Assembly (NCBI GenBank): GCA_964016885.1
Contig: OZ024745.1
Location: 71,300,001-71,364,000, forward strand
Length of the DNA stretch: 64,000 nucleotides
Direction of reading: 5' to 3'
From: Eledone cirrhosa
Lineage: Eukaryota
Notes under the pieces: model-generated
What the model was told of the DNA's origin: nothing
The model's input: the letters and a program-made list of their open reading frames with translations, nothing else
Database searches by the model: none
Translations under genes and position numbers: made by a program
In this document: positions 18,001 through 36,000 of the stretch, in pieces
Numbering within the stretch: the first letter of the stretch is position 1
Layout: every line of letters begins with the position of its first letter

Positions 18001-21000
18001 TGTCAACACCATTAACACTACTGTCTTCACCATTAACACTGCTGTCATCACCATTAACACTACTGTCAACACCATTAACACTACTGTCATCACCATTAAC
18101 ACTACTGTCATCACCATTAACACTACTGTCATCACCATTAACACTACTGTCAACACCATTAACACTACTGTCATCACCATTAACACTGCTGTCATAACCA
18201 TTAACACTACTGTCATCACCATTAACACTACTGTCATTACCAATAACACTACTGTCAACACCATTAACACTACTGTCATCACAATTAACACTGCTGTCAT
18301 CACCATTAACACTACTGTCATCACCATTAACACTACTGTCATCACCATTAACACTACTGTAAACACCATTAACACTGCTGTCATCACCAATAACACGACG
18401 GTCATCACCATTAACACTACTGTCATCACCATTAACACTACTGTCATCACCATTAACACTACTGTCATCACCATTAACACTACTGTCATCACCATTAACA
18501 CTACTGTCAACACCATTAACACTACTGTCATCACCATTAACACTACTGTCACCACCATTAGCACTACTGTCATCACCATTAACACTACTGTCATCACCAT
18601 TAACACTACTGTCATCACCATTAACACTGCTGTCACTACCATTAACACTACTGTCATCACCATTAACACTACTGTCATCACCATTAACACTACTGTCAAC
18701 ACCATTAACACTACTGTCATCACCATTAACACTACTGTCACCACCATTAACACTACTGTCAACACCATTAACACTACTGTCATCACCATTAACACTACTG
18801 TCACCACCATTAGCACTACTGTCATCACCATTAACACTGCTGACATCACCATTATCACTACTGTCATCACCATTAACACTACTGTCAGCACCATTAGCAC
18901 TACTGTCATCACCATTAACACTACTGTCATCACCATCAACACTACTGTCATCACCATTAACACTACTGTCATCACCATTAACACTACTGTCATCACCATT
19001 AACACTACTGTCATCACCATTAACACTACTGTCATCACCATTAACACTATTGTCATCACCTCTAACACTACTGTCATCACCATTAACACTACTGTCATCA
19101 CCATTAACACTACTGTCATCACCATTAACACTGCTGTCATCACCATTAACACTGCTGTCCTCACCATTAACACTACTGTCATCACCATTAACACTACTGT
19201 CATCACCATTAACACTACTGTCATCACCAATAACACTACTGTCAACACCATTAACACTACTGTCATCAACATTAACACTGCTGTCATCACCATTAACACT
19301 ACTGTCATCTCTATTAACACTACTGTCATCACCATTAACACTACTGTAAACACCATTAACACTGCTGTCATCACCAATAACACGACGGTCATCACCATTA
19401 ACACTACTGTCATCACCATTAACACTACTGTCATCACCATTAACACTACTGTCATCACCATTAACACTACTGTCAACACCATTAACACTACTGTGATCAC
19501 CATTAACACTACTGTCACCACCATTAGCACTACTGTCATCACCATTAACACTACTGTCTTCACCATTAACACTGCTGTCATCACCAATAACACGACGGTC
19601 ATCACCATTAACACTACTGTCATCACCAATAACACTACTGCCATCACCATTAACACTACTGTCATCACCATTAACACTACTGTCATCACCATTAACACTA
19701 CTGTCAACACCATTAACACTACTGTCATCACCATTAACACTACTGTCACCACCATTAGCACTACTGTCATCACCATTAACACTACTGTCATCACCATTAA
19801 CACTACTCTCATCACCATTAACACTGCTGTCACCACCATTAACACTACTGTCATCACCATTAACACTACTGTCATCACCATTAACACTACTGTCAACACC
19901 ATTAACACTACTGTCATCACCATTAACACTACTGTCACCACCATTAACACTACTGTCAACACCATTAACACTACTGTCATCACCATTAACACTACTGTCA
20001 TCACCATTAACACTACTGTCATCACCATTAACACTACTGTCATCACCATTAACACTACTGTCAACACCATTAACACTACTGTCATCACCATTAACACTAC
20101 TGTCACCACCATTAGCACTACTGTCATCACCATTAACACTACTGTCATCACCATTAACACTACTGTCAACACCATTAACACTGCTGTCACCACCATTAAC
20201 ACTACTGTCATCACCATTAACACTACTGTCATCACCATTAACACTACTGTCAACACCATTAACACTACTGTCATCACCATTAACACTACTGTCACCACCA
20301 TTAACACTACTGTCAACACCATTAACACTACTGTCATCACCATTAACACTACTGTTACCACCATTAGCACTACTGTCATCACCATTAACACTGCTGACAT
20401 CACCATTATCACTACTGTCATCACCATTAACACTACTGTCAGCACCATTAGCACTACAGTCATCACCATTAACACTACTGTCATCACCATTAACACTACT
20501 GTCATCACCATTAACACTACTGTCATCACCATTAACACTACTGTCATCACCATTAACACTACTGTCATCACCATAAACACTACTGTCATCACCATTAACA
20601 CTATTGTCATCACCACTAACACTACTGTCATCACCATTAACACTGCTGTCATCACCAATAACACGACGGTCATCACCATTAACACTACTGTCATCACCAT
20701 TAACACTACTGTCATCACCATTAACACTACTGTCATCACCATTAACACTACTGTCATCACCATTAACACTACTGTCAACACCATTAACACTACTGTCATC
20801 ACCATTAACACTACTGTCACCACCATTAGCACTACTGTCATCACCATTAACACTACTGTCTTCACCATTAACACTACTGTCATCACCATTAACACTGCTG
20901 TCATCACCATTAACACTACTGTCATCACCATTTACACTACTGTCAACACCATTAACACTACTGTCATCACCATTAACACTAATGTCATCACCATTGACAC

Positions 21001-24000
21001 TGCTGTCATCACCATTAAGACTACTGTCATCACCATTTACACTATTGTCAACACCATTAACACTACTGTCTTCACCATTAACACTACTGTCAACACCATT
21101 AACACTAATGTCATCACCATTAACACTGCTGTCATCACCATTAACACTACTGTCATCACCATTTACACTACTGTCAACACCATTAACACTACTGTCTTCA
21201 CCATTAACACTGCTGTCATCACCATTAACACTACTGTCAACACCATTAACACTACTGTCATCACTATTAACACTACTGTCATCACCATTAACACTACTGT
21301 CATCACCATTAACACTACTGTCAACACCATTAACACTACTGTCATCACCATTAACACTGCTGTCATAACCATTAACACTACTGTCATCACCATTAACACT
21401 ACTGTCATCACCAATAACACTACTGTCAACACCATTAACACTACTGTCATCACAATTAACACTGCTGTCATCACCATTAACACTACTGTCATCACCATTA
21501 ACACTACTGTCATCACCATTAACACTACTGTAAACACCATTAACACTGCTGTCATCACCAATAACACGACGGTCATCACCATTAACACTACTGTCATCAC
21601 CATTAACACTACTGTCATCACCATTAACACTACTGTCATCACCATTAACACTACTGTCATCACCATTAACACTACTGTCAACACCATTAACACTACTGTC
21701 ATCACCATTAACACTACTGTCACCACCATTAGCACTACTGTCATCACCATTAACACTACTGTCATCACCATTAACACTACTGTCATCACCATTAACACTG
21801 CTGTCACCACCATTAACACTACTGTCATCACCATTAACACTACTGTCATCACCATTAACACTACTGTCAACACCATTAACACTACTGTCATCACCATTAA
21901 CACTACTGTCACCACCATTAACACTACTGTCAACACCATTAACACTACTGTCACCACCATTAACACTACTGTCATCACCATTAACACTACTGTCATCACC
22001 ATTAACACTACTGTCATCACCATTAACACTGCTGTCACCACCATTAACACTACTGTCATCAGCATTAACACTACTGTCATCACCATTAACACTGCTGTCA
22101 TCACCATTAACACTACTGTCATCACCATTAACACTGCTGTCATCACCATTAACACTACTGTCATCACCATTAACACTGATGTCAACACCATTAACACTAC
22201 TGTCATCAGCATTAACACTACTGTCATCACCATTAACACTGCTGTCATCACCATTAACACTACTGTCATCACCATTAACACTGCTGTCATCACCATTAAC
22301 ACTACTGTCATCACCATTAACACTACTGTCAACACCATTAACACTACTGTCATCACCATTAACACTACTGTCACCACCATTAGCACTACTGTCATCACCA
22401 TTAACACTACTGTCATCACCATTAACACTACTGTCATCACCATTAACACTGCTGTCACCACCATTAACACTACTGTCATCACCATTAACACTACTGTCAT
22501 CACCATTAACACTACTGTCAACACCATTAACACTACTGTCATCACCATTAACACTACTGTCATCAGCATTAACACTACTGTCATCACCATTAACACTGCT
22601 GTCATCACCATTAACACTACTGTCATCACCATTAACACTGCTGTCATCACCATTAACACTACTGTCATCACCATTAACACTACTGTCAACACCATTAACA
22701 CTACTGTCATCACCATTAACACTACTGTCACCACCATTAGCACTACTGTCATCACCATTAACACTACTGTCATCACCATTAACACTACTGTCATCACCAT
22801 TAACACTGCTGTCACCACCATTAACACTACTGTCATCACCATTAACACTACTGTCATCACCATTAACACTACTGTCAACACCATTAACACTACTGTCATC
22901 ACCATTAACACTACTGTCACCACCATTAACACTACTGTCAACACCATTAACACTACTGTCACCACCATTAACACTACTGTCATCACCGTTAACACTACTG
23001 TCATCACCATTAACACTACTGTCATCACCATTAACACTGCTGTCACCACCATTAACACTACTGTCATCAGCAGTAACACTACTGTCATCACCATTAACAC
23101 TGCTGTCATCACCATTAACACTACTGTCATCACCATTAACACTGCTGTCATCACCATTAACACTACTGTCATCACCATTAACACTGATGTCAACACCATT
23201 AACACTACTGTCATCAGCATTAACACTACTGTCATCACCATTAACACTGCTGTCATCACCATTAACACTACTGTCATCACCATTAACACTGCTGTCATCA
23301 CCATTAACACTACTGTCATCACCATTAACACTACTGTCAACACCATTAACACTGCTGTCATCACCATTAACACTACTGTCATCACCATTAACACTACTGT
23401 CATCACCATTAACACTACTGTCATCACCATTAACACTGCTGTCATCACCATTAACACTACTGTCATCACCATTAACACTACTGTCAACACCATTAACACT
23501 GCTGTCATCACCATTAACACTACTGTCATCACCATTAACACTACTGTCATCACCATTAACACTACTGTCATCACCATTAACACTACTGTCATCACCATTA
23601 ACACTGCTGTCATCACCATTAACACTACTGTCATCACCATTAACACTACTGTCAACACCATTAACACTGCTGTCATCACCATTAACACTACTGTCATCAC
23701 CATTAACACTGCTGTCATCACCATTAACACTACTGTCATCACCATTAACACTGCTGTCATCACCATTAACACTACTGTCATCACCATTAACACTACTGTC
23801 ATCACCACTAACACTACTGTCATCACCATTAACACTAGTGTCATCACCATTAACACTACTGTCATCACCATTAACACTACTGTCATCACCATTAACACTA
23901 CTGTCATCACCACTAACACTACTGTCATCACCACTAACACTACTGTCATCACCATTAACACTACTGTCATCACCATTAATACTACTGTCATCACCATTAA

Positions 24001-27000
24001 CACTACTGTCATCACCACTAACACTACTGTCATCACCATTAACACTAGTGTCATCACCATTAATACTACTGTCATCACCATTAACACTACTGTCATCACC
24101 ATTAACACTACTGTCATCACCATTAACACTACTGTCATCACCATTAACACTACTGTCATCACCATTAACACTACTGTCATCACCATTAACACTACTGTCA
24201 TCACCATTAACACTACTGTCATCACCATTAACACTACTGTCATCACCATTCTCACTACTGTCATCACCATTAAAACTACTGACATCACCATTAACACTAC
24301 TGTCAACACCATTATCACTACTGTCATCACCATTAACACTACTGACATCACCATTAACACTACTGTCATCACCATTAACACTACTGTCATCACCATTAAC
24401 ACTACTGTCATCACCATTAACACTACTGTCATCACCATTAACACTACTGTCATCACCATTAACACTACTGTCATCACCATTAACACTACTGTCAACACCA
24501 TTAACACTACTGTCATCACCATTAACACTACTGTCACCACCATTAACACTACTGTCAACACCATTAACACTACTGTCATCACCATTAACACGACTGTCAC
24601 CACCATTAGCACTACTGTCATCACCATTAACACTACTGTCAACACCATTAACACTACTGTCATCACCATTAACACTACTGTCATCACCATTAACACTACT
24701 GTCATCACCATTAACACTACTGTCAACACCGTTAACACTACTGTCATCACCATTAACACTACTGTCACCACCATTAGCACTACTGTCATCACCATTAACA
24801 CTACTGTCAACACCATTAACACTGCTGTCACCACCATTAACACTACTGTCATCACCATTAACACTACTGTCACCACCATTAGCACTACTGTCATCACCAT
24901 TAACACTACTGTCAACACCATTAACACTGCTGTCACCACCATTAACACTACTGTCATCACCATTAACACTACTGTCACCACCATTAACACTACTGTCATC
25001 ACCATTAACACTACTGTCCATCACCATTAACACTACTGTCATCACCATTAACACTACTGTCATCACCATTAACACTGCTGTCATCACCATTAACACTACT
25101 GTCATCACCATTAACACTACTGTCATCACCATTAACACTACTGTCACCACCATTAACACTACTGTCAACACCATTAACACTACTGTCATCACCATTAACA
25201 CTACTGTCACCACCATTAGCACTACTGTCATCACCATTAACACTGCTGACATCACCATTATCACTACTGTCATCACCATTAACACTACTGTCAGCACCAT
25301 TAGCACTACTGTCATCACCATTAACACTACTGTCATCACCATTAACACTACTGTCATCACCATTAACACTACTGTCATCACCATTAACACTACTGTCATC
25401 ACCATTAACACTACTGTCATCACCATTAACACTACTGTCATCACCATTAACACTATTGTCATTACCACTAACACTACTGTCATCACCATTAACACTGCTG
25501 TCATCACCAATAACACGACGGTCATCACCATTAACACTACTGTCATCACCATTAACACTACTGTCATCACCATTAACACTACTGTCATCACCATTAACAC
25601 TACTGTCATCACCATTGACACTACTGTCAACACCATTAACACTACTGTCATCACCATTAACACTACTGTCACCACCATTAGCACTACTGTCATCACCATT
25701 AACACTACTGTCTTCACCATTAACACTACTGTCATCACCATTAACACTACTGTCAACACCATTAACACTAATGTCATCACCATTAACACTGCTGTCATCA
25801 CCATTAACACTACTGTCATCACCATTTACACTACTGTCAACACCATTAACACTACTGTCATCACCATTAACACTAATGTCATCACCATTAACACTGCTGT
25901 CATCACCATTAACACTACTGTCATCACCATTTACACTACTGTCAACACCATTAACACTACTGTCTTCACCATTAACACTACTGTCAACACCATTAACACT
26001 AATGTCATCACCATTAACACTGCTGTCATCACCATTAACACTACTGTCATCACCATTTACACTACTGTCAACACCATTAACACTACTGTCTTCACCATTA
26101 ACACTGCTGTCATCACCATTAACACTACTGTCAACACCATTAACACTACTGTCATCACCATTAACACTACTGTCATCACCATTAACACTACTGTCATCAC
26201 CATTAACACTACTGTCAACACCATTAACACTACTGTCATCACCATTAACACTGCTGTCATAACCATTAACACTACTGTCATCACCATTAACACTACTGTC
26301 ATCACCAATAACACTACTGTCAACACCATTAACACTACTGTCATCACAATTAACACTGCTGTCATCACCATTAACACTACTGTCATCACCATTAACACTA
26401 CTGTCATCACCATTAACACTGCTGTCATCACCATTAACACTGCTGTCATCACCATTAACACTACTGTCATCACCATTATCACTACTGTCATCACCATTAA
26501 CACTACTGTCATCACCATTAACACTACTATCAACACCATTATCACTACTGTCGTCACCATTAACACTACTGTCATCACCATTAACACTACTGTCATCACC
26601 ATTAACACTACTGTCATCACCATTAACACTACTGTCATCACCATTAACACTACTGTCATCACCATTAACACTACTGTCATCACCTTTAACACTACTGTCC
26701 TCACCATTATCACTACTGTCATCACCATTAACACTACTGTCATCACCATTAACACTACTGTCATCACCATTAACACTACTGTCATCACCATTAACACTAC
26801 TGTCATCACCATTAACACTACTGTCATCACCATTAACACTGCTGTCACCACCATTAACACTACTGTCATCACCATTAACACTACTGTCATCACCATTAAC
26901 ACTACTGTCATCACCATTAACACTGCTGTCATCACCATTAACACTACTGTCATCACCATTAACACTACTGTCATCACCATTAACACTACTGTCATCACCA

Positions 27001-30000
27001 TTAACACTACTGTCATCACCATTAACACTGCTGTCACCACCATTAACACTACTGTCATCACCATTAACACTACTGTCATCACCATTAACACTACTGTCAT
27101 CACCATTAACACTGCTGTCAACACAATTAACACTACTGTCATCACCATTAACACTACTGTCATCACCATTAACACTACTGTCAACACCATTAACACTACT
27201 GTCATCACCATTAACACTGCTGTCAACACCATTAACACTGCTGTCATCACCATTAACACTGCTGTCATCACCATTAACACTACTGTCATCACCATTAACA
27301 CTACTGTCAACACCATTAACACTGCTGTCATAACCATTAACACTGCTGTCAACACCATTAACACTACTGTCATCACCATTAACACTACTGTCAACACCAT
27401 TAACACTACTGTCATCACCATTATCACTACTGTCATCACCATTAACACTACTGTCATCACCATTAACACTACTGTCATCACCATTAACAATGCTGTCATC
27501 ACCATTAACACTACTGTCATCACCATTAACACTGCTGTCATCACAATTAACGCTACTGCCATCACTATTAACAATGCTGTCAACACCATTAACACTACTG
27601 TCATCACCATAAACACTACTGTCAACACTATTAACACTACTGTCATCACCATTATCACTACTGTCATCACCATTAACACTACTGTCAACACCATTAACAC
27701 TACTGTCATCACCATTAACACTGCTGTCAACACCATTAACACTGCTGTCATCACCATTAACACTACTGTCATCACCATTAACACTACTGACAACACCATT
27801 AATACTACTGTCATCACCATTAACACTGCTGTCAACACCATTAACACTGCTGTCATCACCATTAACACTACTGTCATCACCATTAACACTGCTGTCAACA
27901 CCATTAACACTACTGTCATCACCATTAACACTGCTGTCATCACCATTAACACTACTGTCATCACCATTAACACTACTGTCATCACCATTAACACTGCTGG
28001 CATCACCATTAACACTGCTGTCATCACCATTAACACTGCTGGCATCACCATTAACACTACTGCCATCACCATTAACACTGCTGTCATCACCATTAACACT
28101 GCTGCCATCACCATTAACACTACTGTCATCATCAATAACACTGCTGTCATCAACATCAACACTACTGTCATCACCATTAACACTGCTGTCATCACCATTA
28201 ACACTGCTGTCATCACCATTAACACTGCTGTCAACACCATTAACACTACTGTCATCACCATTAACACTAATGTCATCACCATTAACACTACTGTCATCAC
28301 CATTAACACTACTGTCAACACCATTAACACTACTGTCATTACCATTAACACTGCTGTCATCACCATTAACACTACTGTCATCACCATTAACACTACTGTC
28401 ATCACCATTTACACTACTGTCATCACCATTATCACTACTGTCATCACCATTAACACTACTGTCATCACCATTAACACTACTGTCATCACCATTAACACTA
28501 CTGTCATCACCACTAACACTACTGTCATCACCATTTACACTACTGTCATCACCATTATCACTACTGTCATCACCATTAACACTACTGTCATCACCATTAA
28601 CACTACTGTCATCACCATTAACACTGCTGTCATCACCATTAACGCTAATGTCATCACCATTAACACTGCTGTCAACACCATTAACACTACTGTCATCACC
28701 ATTAACACTACTGTCAACACCATTAACACTACTGTCATCACCATTAACACTGCTGTCAACACCATTAACACTACTGTCATCACCATTAACACTACTGTCA
28801 ACACCATTAACACTACTGTCATCACCATTAACACTGCTCTCAACACCATTAACACTACTGTCATCACCATTAACACTACTGTCATCACCATTAACACTGC
28901 TGTCAACACCATTAACACTACTGTCATCACCAATAACACTACTGTCCTCACCATTAACAATACTGTCATCACCATTAACACTGCTGTCATCACTATTAAC
29001 ACTACTGTCATCACCATTAACACTACTGTCATCACCTTTAACACTACTGTCATCACCATTAACACTACTGTCATCACCATTAACACTGCTGTCAACACCA
29101 TTAACACTACTGTCATCACCATTAACACTACTGTCATCACCATTAACACTACTGTCAACACCATTAACACTACTGTCTTCACCATTAACACTGCTGTCAA
29201 CACCATTAACACTGCTGTCAACACCATTAACACTACTGTCATCATCATTAACACTACTGTCATCACCATTAACACTACTGTCATCACCATTAACACTGAT
29301 GTTAACACTACTGTCATCAGCATTAACACTACTGTCATCACCATTAACACTGCTGTCATCACCATTAACACTACTGTCATCACCATTAACACTGCTGTCA
29401 TCACCATTAACACTACTGTCATCACCATTAACACTACTGTCAACACCATTAACACTGCTGTCATCACCATTAACACTACTGTCATCACCATTAACACTAC
29501 TGTCATCACCATTAACACTACTGTCATCACCATTAACACTGCTGTCATCACCATTAACACTACTGTCATCACCATTAACACTACTGTCAACACCATTAAC
29601 ACTGCTGTCATCACCATTAACACTACTGTCATCACCATTAACACTACTGTCATCACCATTAACACTACTGTCATCACCATTAACACTACTGTCATCACCA
29701 TTAACACTGCTGTCATCACCATTAACACTACTGTCATCACCATTAACACTACTGTCAACACCATTAACACTGCTGTCATCACCATTAACACTACTGTCAT
29801 CACCATTAACACTGCTGTCATCACCATTAACACTACTGTCATCACCATTAACACTGCTGTCATCACCATTAACACTACTGTCATCACCATTAACACTACT
29901 GTCATCACCACTAACACTACTGTCATCACCATTAACACTAGTGTCATCACCATTAACACTACTGTCATCACCATTAACACTACTGTCATCACCATTAACA

Positions 30001-33000
30001 CTACTGTCATCACCACTAACACTACTGTCATCACCACTAACACTACTGTCATCACCATTAACACTACTGTCATCACCATTAATACTACTGTCATCACCAT
30101 TAACACTACTGTCATCACCACTAACACTACTGTCATCACCATTAACACTAGTGTCATCACCATTAACACTACTGTCATCACCATTAACACTACTGTCATC
30201 ACCATTAACACTACTATCATCACCATTAACACTACTGTCATCACCATTAACACTACTGTCATCACCATTAACACTACTGTCATCACCATTAACACTACTG
30301 TCATCACCATTAACACTACTGTCATCACCATTAACACTACTGTCATCACCATTAACACTACTGTCATCACCATTAACACTAGTGTCATCACCATTAACAC
30401 TACTGTCATCACCATTAACACTACTGTCATCACCATTAACACTACTGTCATCACCATTAACACTACTGTCATCACCATTAACACTACTGTCATCACCATT
30501 CTCACTACTGTCATCACCATTAAAACTACTGACATCACCATTAACACTACTGTCAACACCATTATCACTACTGTCATCACCATTAACACTACTGACATCA
30601 CCATTAACACTACTGTCATCACCATTAACACTACTGTCATCACCATTAACACTACTGTCATCACCATTAACACTACTGTCATCACCATTAACACTACTGT
30701 CATCACCATTAACACTACTGTCATCACCATTAACACTACTGTCAACACCATTAACACTACTGTCATCACCATTAACACTACTGTCACCACCATTAACACT
30801 ACTGTCAACACCATTAACACTACTGTCATCACCATTAACACTACTGTCACCACCATTAGCACTACTGTCATCACCATTAACACTACTGTCAACACCATTA
30901 ACACTACTGTCATCACCATTAACACTACTGTCATCACCATTAACACTACTGTCATCACCATTAACACTACTGTCAACACCGTTAACACTACTGTCATCAC
31001 CATTAACACTACTGTCACCACCATTAGCACTACTGTCATCACCATTAACACTACTGTCAACACCATTAACACTGCTGTCACCACCATTAACACTACTGTC
31101 ATCACCATTAACACTACTGTCACCACCATTACCACTACTGTCATCACCATTAACACTACTGTCAACACCATTAACACTGCTGTCACCACCATTAACACTA
31201 CTGTCATCACCATTAACACTACTGTAACCACCATTAACACTACTGTCATCACCATTAACACTACTGTCCATCACCATTAACACTACTGTCATCACCATTA
31301 ACACTACTGTCATCACCATTAACACTGCTGTCATCACCATTAACACTACTGTCATCACCATTAACACTACTGTCATCACCATTAACACTACTGTCACCAC
31401 CATTAACACTACTGTCAACACCATTAACACTACTGTCATCACCATTAACACTACTGTCACCACCATTAGCACTACTGTCATCACCATTAACACTGCTGAC
31501 ATCACCATTATCACTACTGTCATCATCATTAACACTACTGTCAGCACCATTAGCACTACTGTCATCACCATTAACACTACTGTCATCACCATTAACACTA
31601 CTGTCATCACCATTAACACTACTGTCATCACCATTAACACTACTGTCATCACCATTAACACTACTGTCATCACCATTAACACTATTGTCATCACCACTAA
31701 CACTACTGTCATCACCATTAACACTGCTGTCATCACCAATAACACGACGGTCATCACCATTAACACTACTGTCATCACCATTAACACTACTGTCATCACC
31801 ATTAACACTACTGTCATCACCATTAACACTACTGTCATCACCATTGACACTACTGTCAACACCATTAACACTACTGTCATCACCATTAACACTACTGTCA
31901 CCACCATTAGCACTACTGTCATCACCATTAACACTACTGTCTTCACCATTAACACTACTGTCATCACCATTAACACTACTGTCAACACCATTAACACTAA
32001 TGTCATCACCATTAACACTGCTGTCATCACCATTAACACTACTGTCATCACCATTTACACTACTGTCAACACCATTAACACTACTGTCATCACCATTAAC
32101 ACTAATGTCATCACCAGTAACACTGCTGTCATCACCATTAACACTACTGTCATCACCATTTACACTACTGTCAACACCATTAACACTACTGTCTTCACCA
32201 TTAACACTACTGTCAACACCATTAACACTAATGTCATCACCATTAACACTGCTGTCATCACCATTAACACTACTGTCATCACCATTTACACTACTGTCAA
32301 CACCATTAACACTACTGTCAACACCATTAACACTACTGTCATCACCATTAACACTGCTGTCATAACCATTAACACTACTGTCATCACCATTAACACTACT
32401 GTCATCACCAATAACACTACTGTCAACACCATTAACACTACTGTCATCACAATTAACACTGCTGTCATCACCATTAACACTACTGTCATCACCATTAACA
32501 CTACTGTCATCACCATTAACACTACTGTAAACACCATTAACACTACTGTCATCACCATTAACACTGCTGTCATCACCATTAACACTACTGTCATCACCAT
32601 TAACACTACTGCCACCACCATTAGCACTACTGTCATCACCATTAACACTACTGTCTTCACCATTAACACTACTGTCATCACCATTAACACTACTGTCAAC
32701 ACCATTAACACTAATGTCATCACCATTAACACTGCTGTCATCACCATTAACACTACTGTCATCACCATTTACACTACTGTCAACACCATTAACACTACTG
32801 TCATCACCATTAACACTAATGTCATCACCAGTAACACTGCTGTCATCACCATTAACACTACTGTCATCACCATTTACACTACTGTCAACACCATTAACAC
32901 TACTGTCTTCACCATTAACACTACTGTCAACACCATTAACACTAATGTCATCACCATTAACACTGCTGTCATCACCATTAACACTACTGTCATCACCATT

Positions 33001-36000
33001 TACACTACTGTCAACACCATTAACACTACTGTCAACACCATTAACACTACTGTCATCACCATTAACACTGCTGTCATAACCATTAACACTACTGTCATCA
33101 CCATTAACACTACTGTCATCACCAATAACACTACTGTCAACACCATTAACACTACTGTCATCACAATTAACACTGCTGTCATCACCATTAACACTACTGT
33201 CATCACCATTAACACTACTGTCATCACCATTAACACTACTGTAAACACCATTAACACTACTGTCATCACCATTAACACTGCTGTCATCACCATTAACACT
33301 ACTGTCATCACCATTAACACTACTGTCATCACCACTAACACTACTGTCATCACCATTAACACTAGTGTCATCACCATTAACACTACTGTCATCACCATTA
33401 ACACTACTGTCATCACCATTAACACTACTGTCATCACCACTAACACTACTGTCATCACCACTAACACTATTGTCATCACCATTAACACTACTGTCATCAC
33501 CATTAATACTACTGTCATCACCATTAACACTACTGTCATCACCACTAACACTACTGTCATCACCATTAACACTAGTGTCATCACCATTAACACTACTGTC
33601 ATCACCATTAACACTACTGTCATCACCATTAACACTACTGTCATCACCATTAACACTACTGTCATCACCATTAACACTACTGTCACCACCATTAGCACTA
33701 CTGTCATCACCATTAACACTACTGTCAACACCATTAACACTACTGTCATCACCATTAACACTACTGTCATCACCATTAACACTACTGTCATCACCATTAA
33801 CACTACTGTCAACACCGTTAACACTACTGTCATCACCATTAACACTACTGTCACCACCATTAGCACTACTGTCATCACCATTAACACTACTGTCAACACC
33901 ATTAACACTGCTGTCACCACCATTAACACTACTGTCATCACCATTAACACTACTGTCACCACCATTACCACTACTGTCATCACCATTAACACTACTGTCA
34001 ACACCATTAACACTGCTGTCACCACCATTAACACTACTGTCATCACCATTAACACTACTGTAACCACCATTAACACTACTGTCATCACCATTAACACTAC
34101 TGTCCATCACCATTAACACTACTGTCATCACCATTAACACTACTGTCATCACCATTAACACTGCTGTCATCACCATTAACACTACTGTCATCACCATTAA
34201 CACTACTGTCATCACCATTAACACTACTGTCACCACCATTAACACTACTGTCAACACCATTAACACTACTGTCATCACCATTAACACTACTGTCACCACC
34301 ATTAGCACTACTGTCATCACCATTAACACTGCTGACATCACCATTATCACTACTGTCATCATCATTAACACTACTGTCAGCACCATTAGCACTACTGTCA
34401 TCACCATTAACACTACTGTCATCACCATTAACACTACTGTCATCACCATTAACACTACTGTCATCACCATTAACACTACTGTCATCACCATTAACACTAC
34501 TGTCATCACCATTAACACTATTGTCATCACCACTAACACTACTGTCATCACCATTAACACTGCTGTCATCACCAATAACACGACGGTCATCACCATTAAC
34601 ACTACTGTCATCACCATTAACACTACTGTCATCACCATTAACACTACTGTCATCACCATTAACACTACTGTCATCACCATTGACACTACTGTCAACACCA
34701 TTAACACTACTGTCATCACCATTAACACTACTGTCACCACCATTAGCACTACTGTCATCACCATTAACACTACTGTCTTCACCATTAACACTACTGTCAT
34801 CACCATTAACACTACTGTCAACACCATTAACACTAATGTCATCACCATTAACACTGCTGTCATCACCATTAACACTACTGTCATCACCATTTACACTACT
34901 GTCAACACCATTAACACTACTGTCATCACCATTAACACTAATGTCATCACCAGTAACACTGCTGTCATCACCATTAACACTACTGTCATCACCATTTACA
35001 CTACTGTCAACACCATTAACACTACTGTCTTCACCATTAACACTACTGTCAACACCATTAACACTAATGTCATCACCATTAACACTGCTGTCATCACCAT
35101 TAACACTACTGTCATCACCATTTACACTACTGTCAACACCATTAACACTACTGTCAACACCATTAACACTACTGTCATCACCATTAACACTGCTGTCATA
35201 ACCATTAACACTACTGTCATCACCATTAACACTACTGTCATCACCAATAACACTACTGTCAACACCATTAACACTACTGTCATCACAATTAACACTGCTG
35301 TCATCACCATTAACACTACTGTCATCACCATTAACACTACTGTCATCACCATTAACACTACTGTAAACACCATTAACACTACTGTCATCACCATTAACAC
35401 TGCTGTCATCACCATTAACACTACTGTCATCACCATTAACACTACTGCCACCACCATTAGCACTACTGTCATCACCATTAACACTACTGTCTTCACCATT
35501 AACACTACTGTCATCACCATTAACACTACTGTCAACACCATTAACACTAATGTCATCACCATTAACACTGCTGTCATCACCATTAACACTACTGTCATCA
35601 CCATTTACACTACTGTCAACACCATTAACACTACTGTCATCACCATTAACACTAATGTCATCACCAGTAACACTGCTGTCATCACCATTAACACTACTGT
35701 CATCACCATTTACACTACTGTCAACACCATTAACACTACTGTCTTCACCATTAACACTACTGTCAACACCATTAACACTAATGTCATCACCATTAACACT
35801 GCTGTCATCACCATTAACACTACTGTCATCACCATTTACACTACTGTCAACACCATTAACACTACTGTCAACACCATTAACACTACTGTCATCACCATTA
35901 ACACTGCTGTCATAACCATTAACACTACTGTCATCACCATTAACACTACTGTCATCACCAATAACACTACTGTCAACACCATTAACACTACTGTCATCAC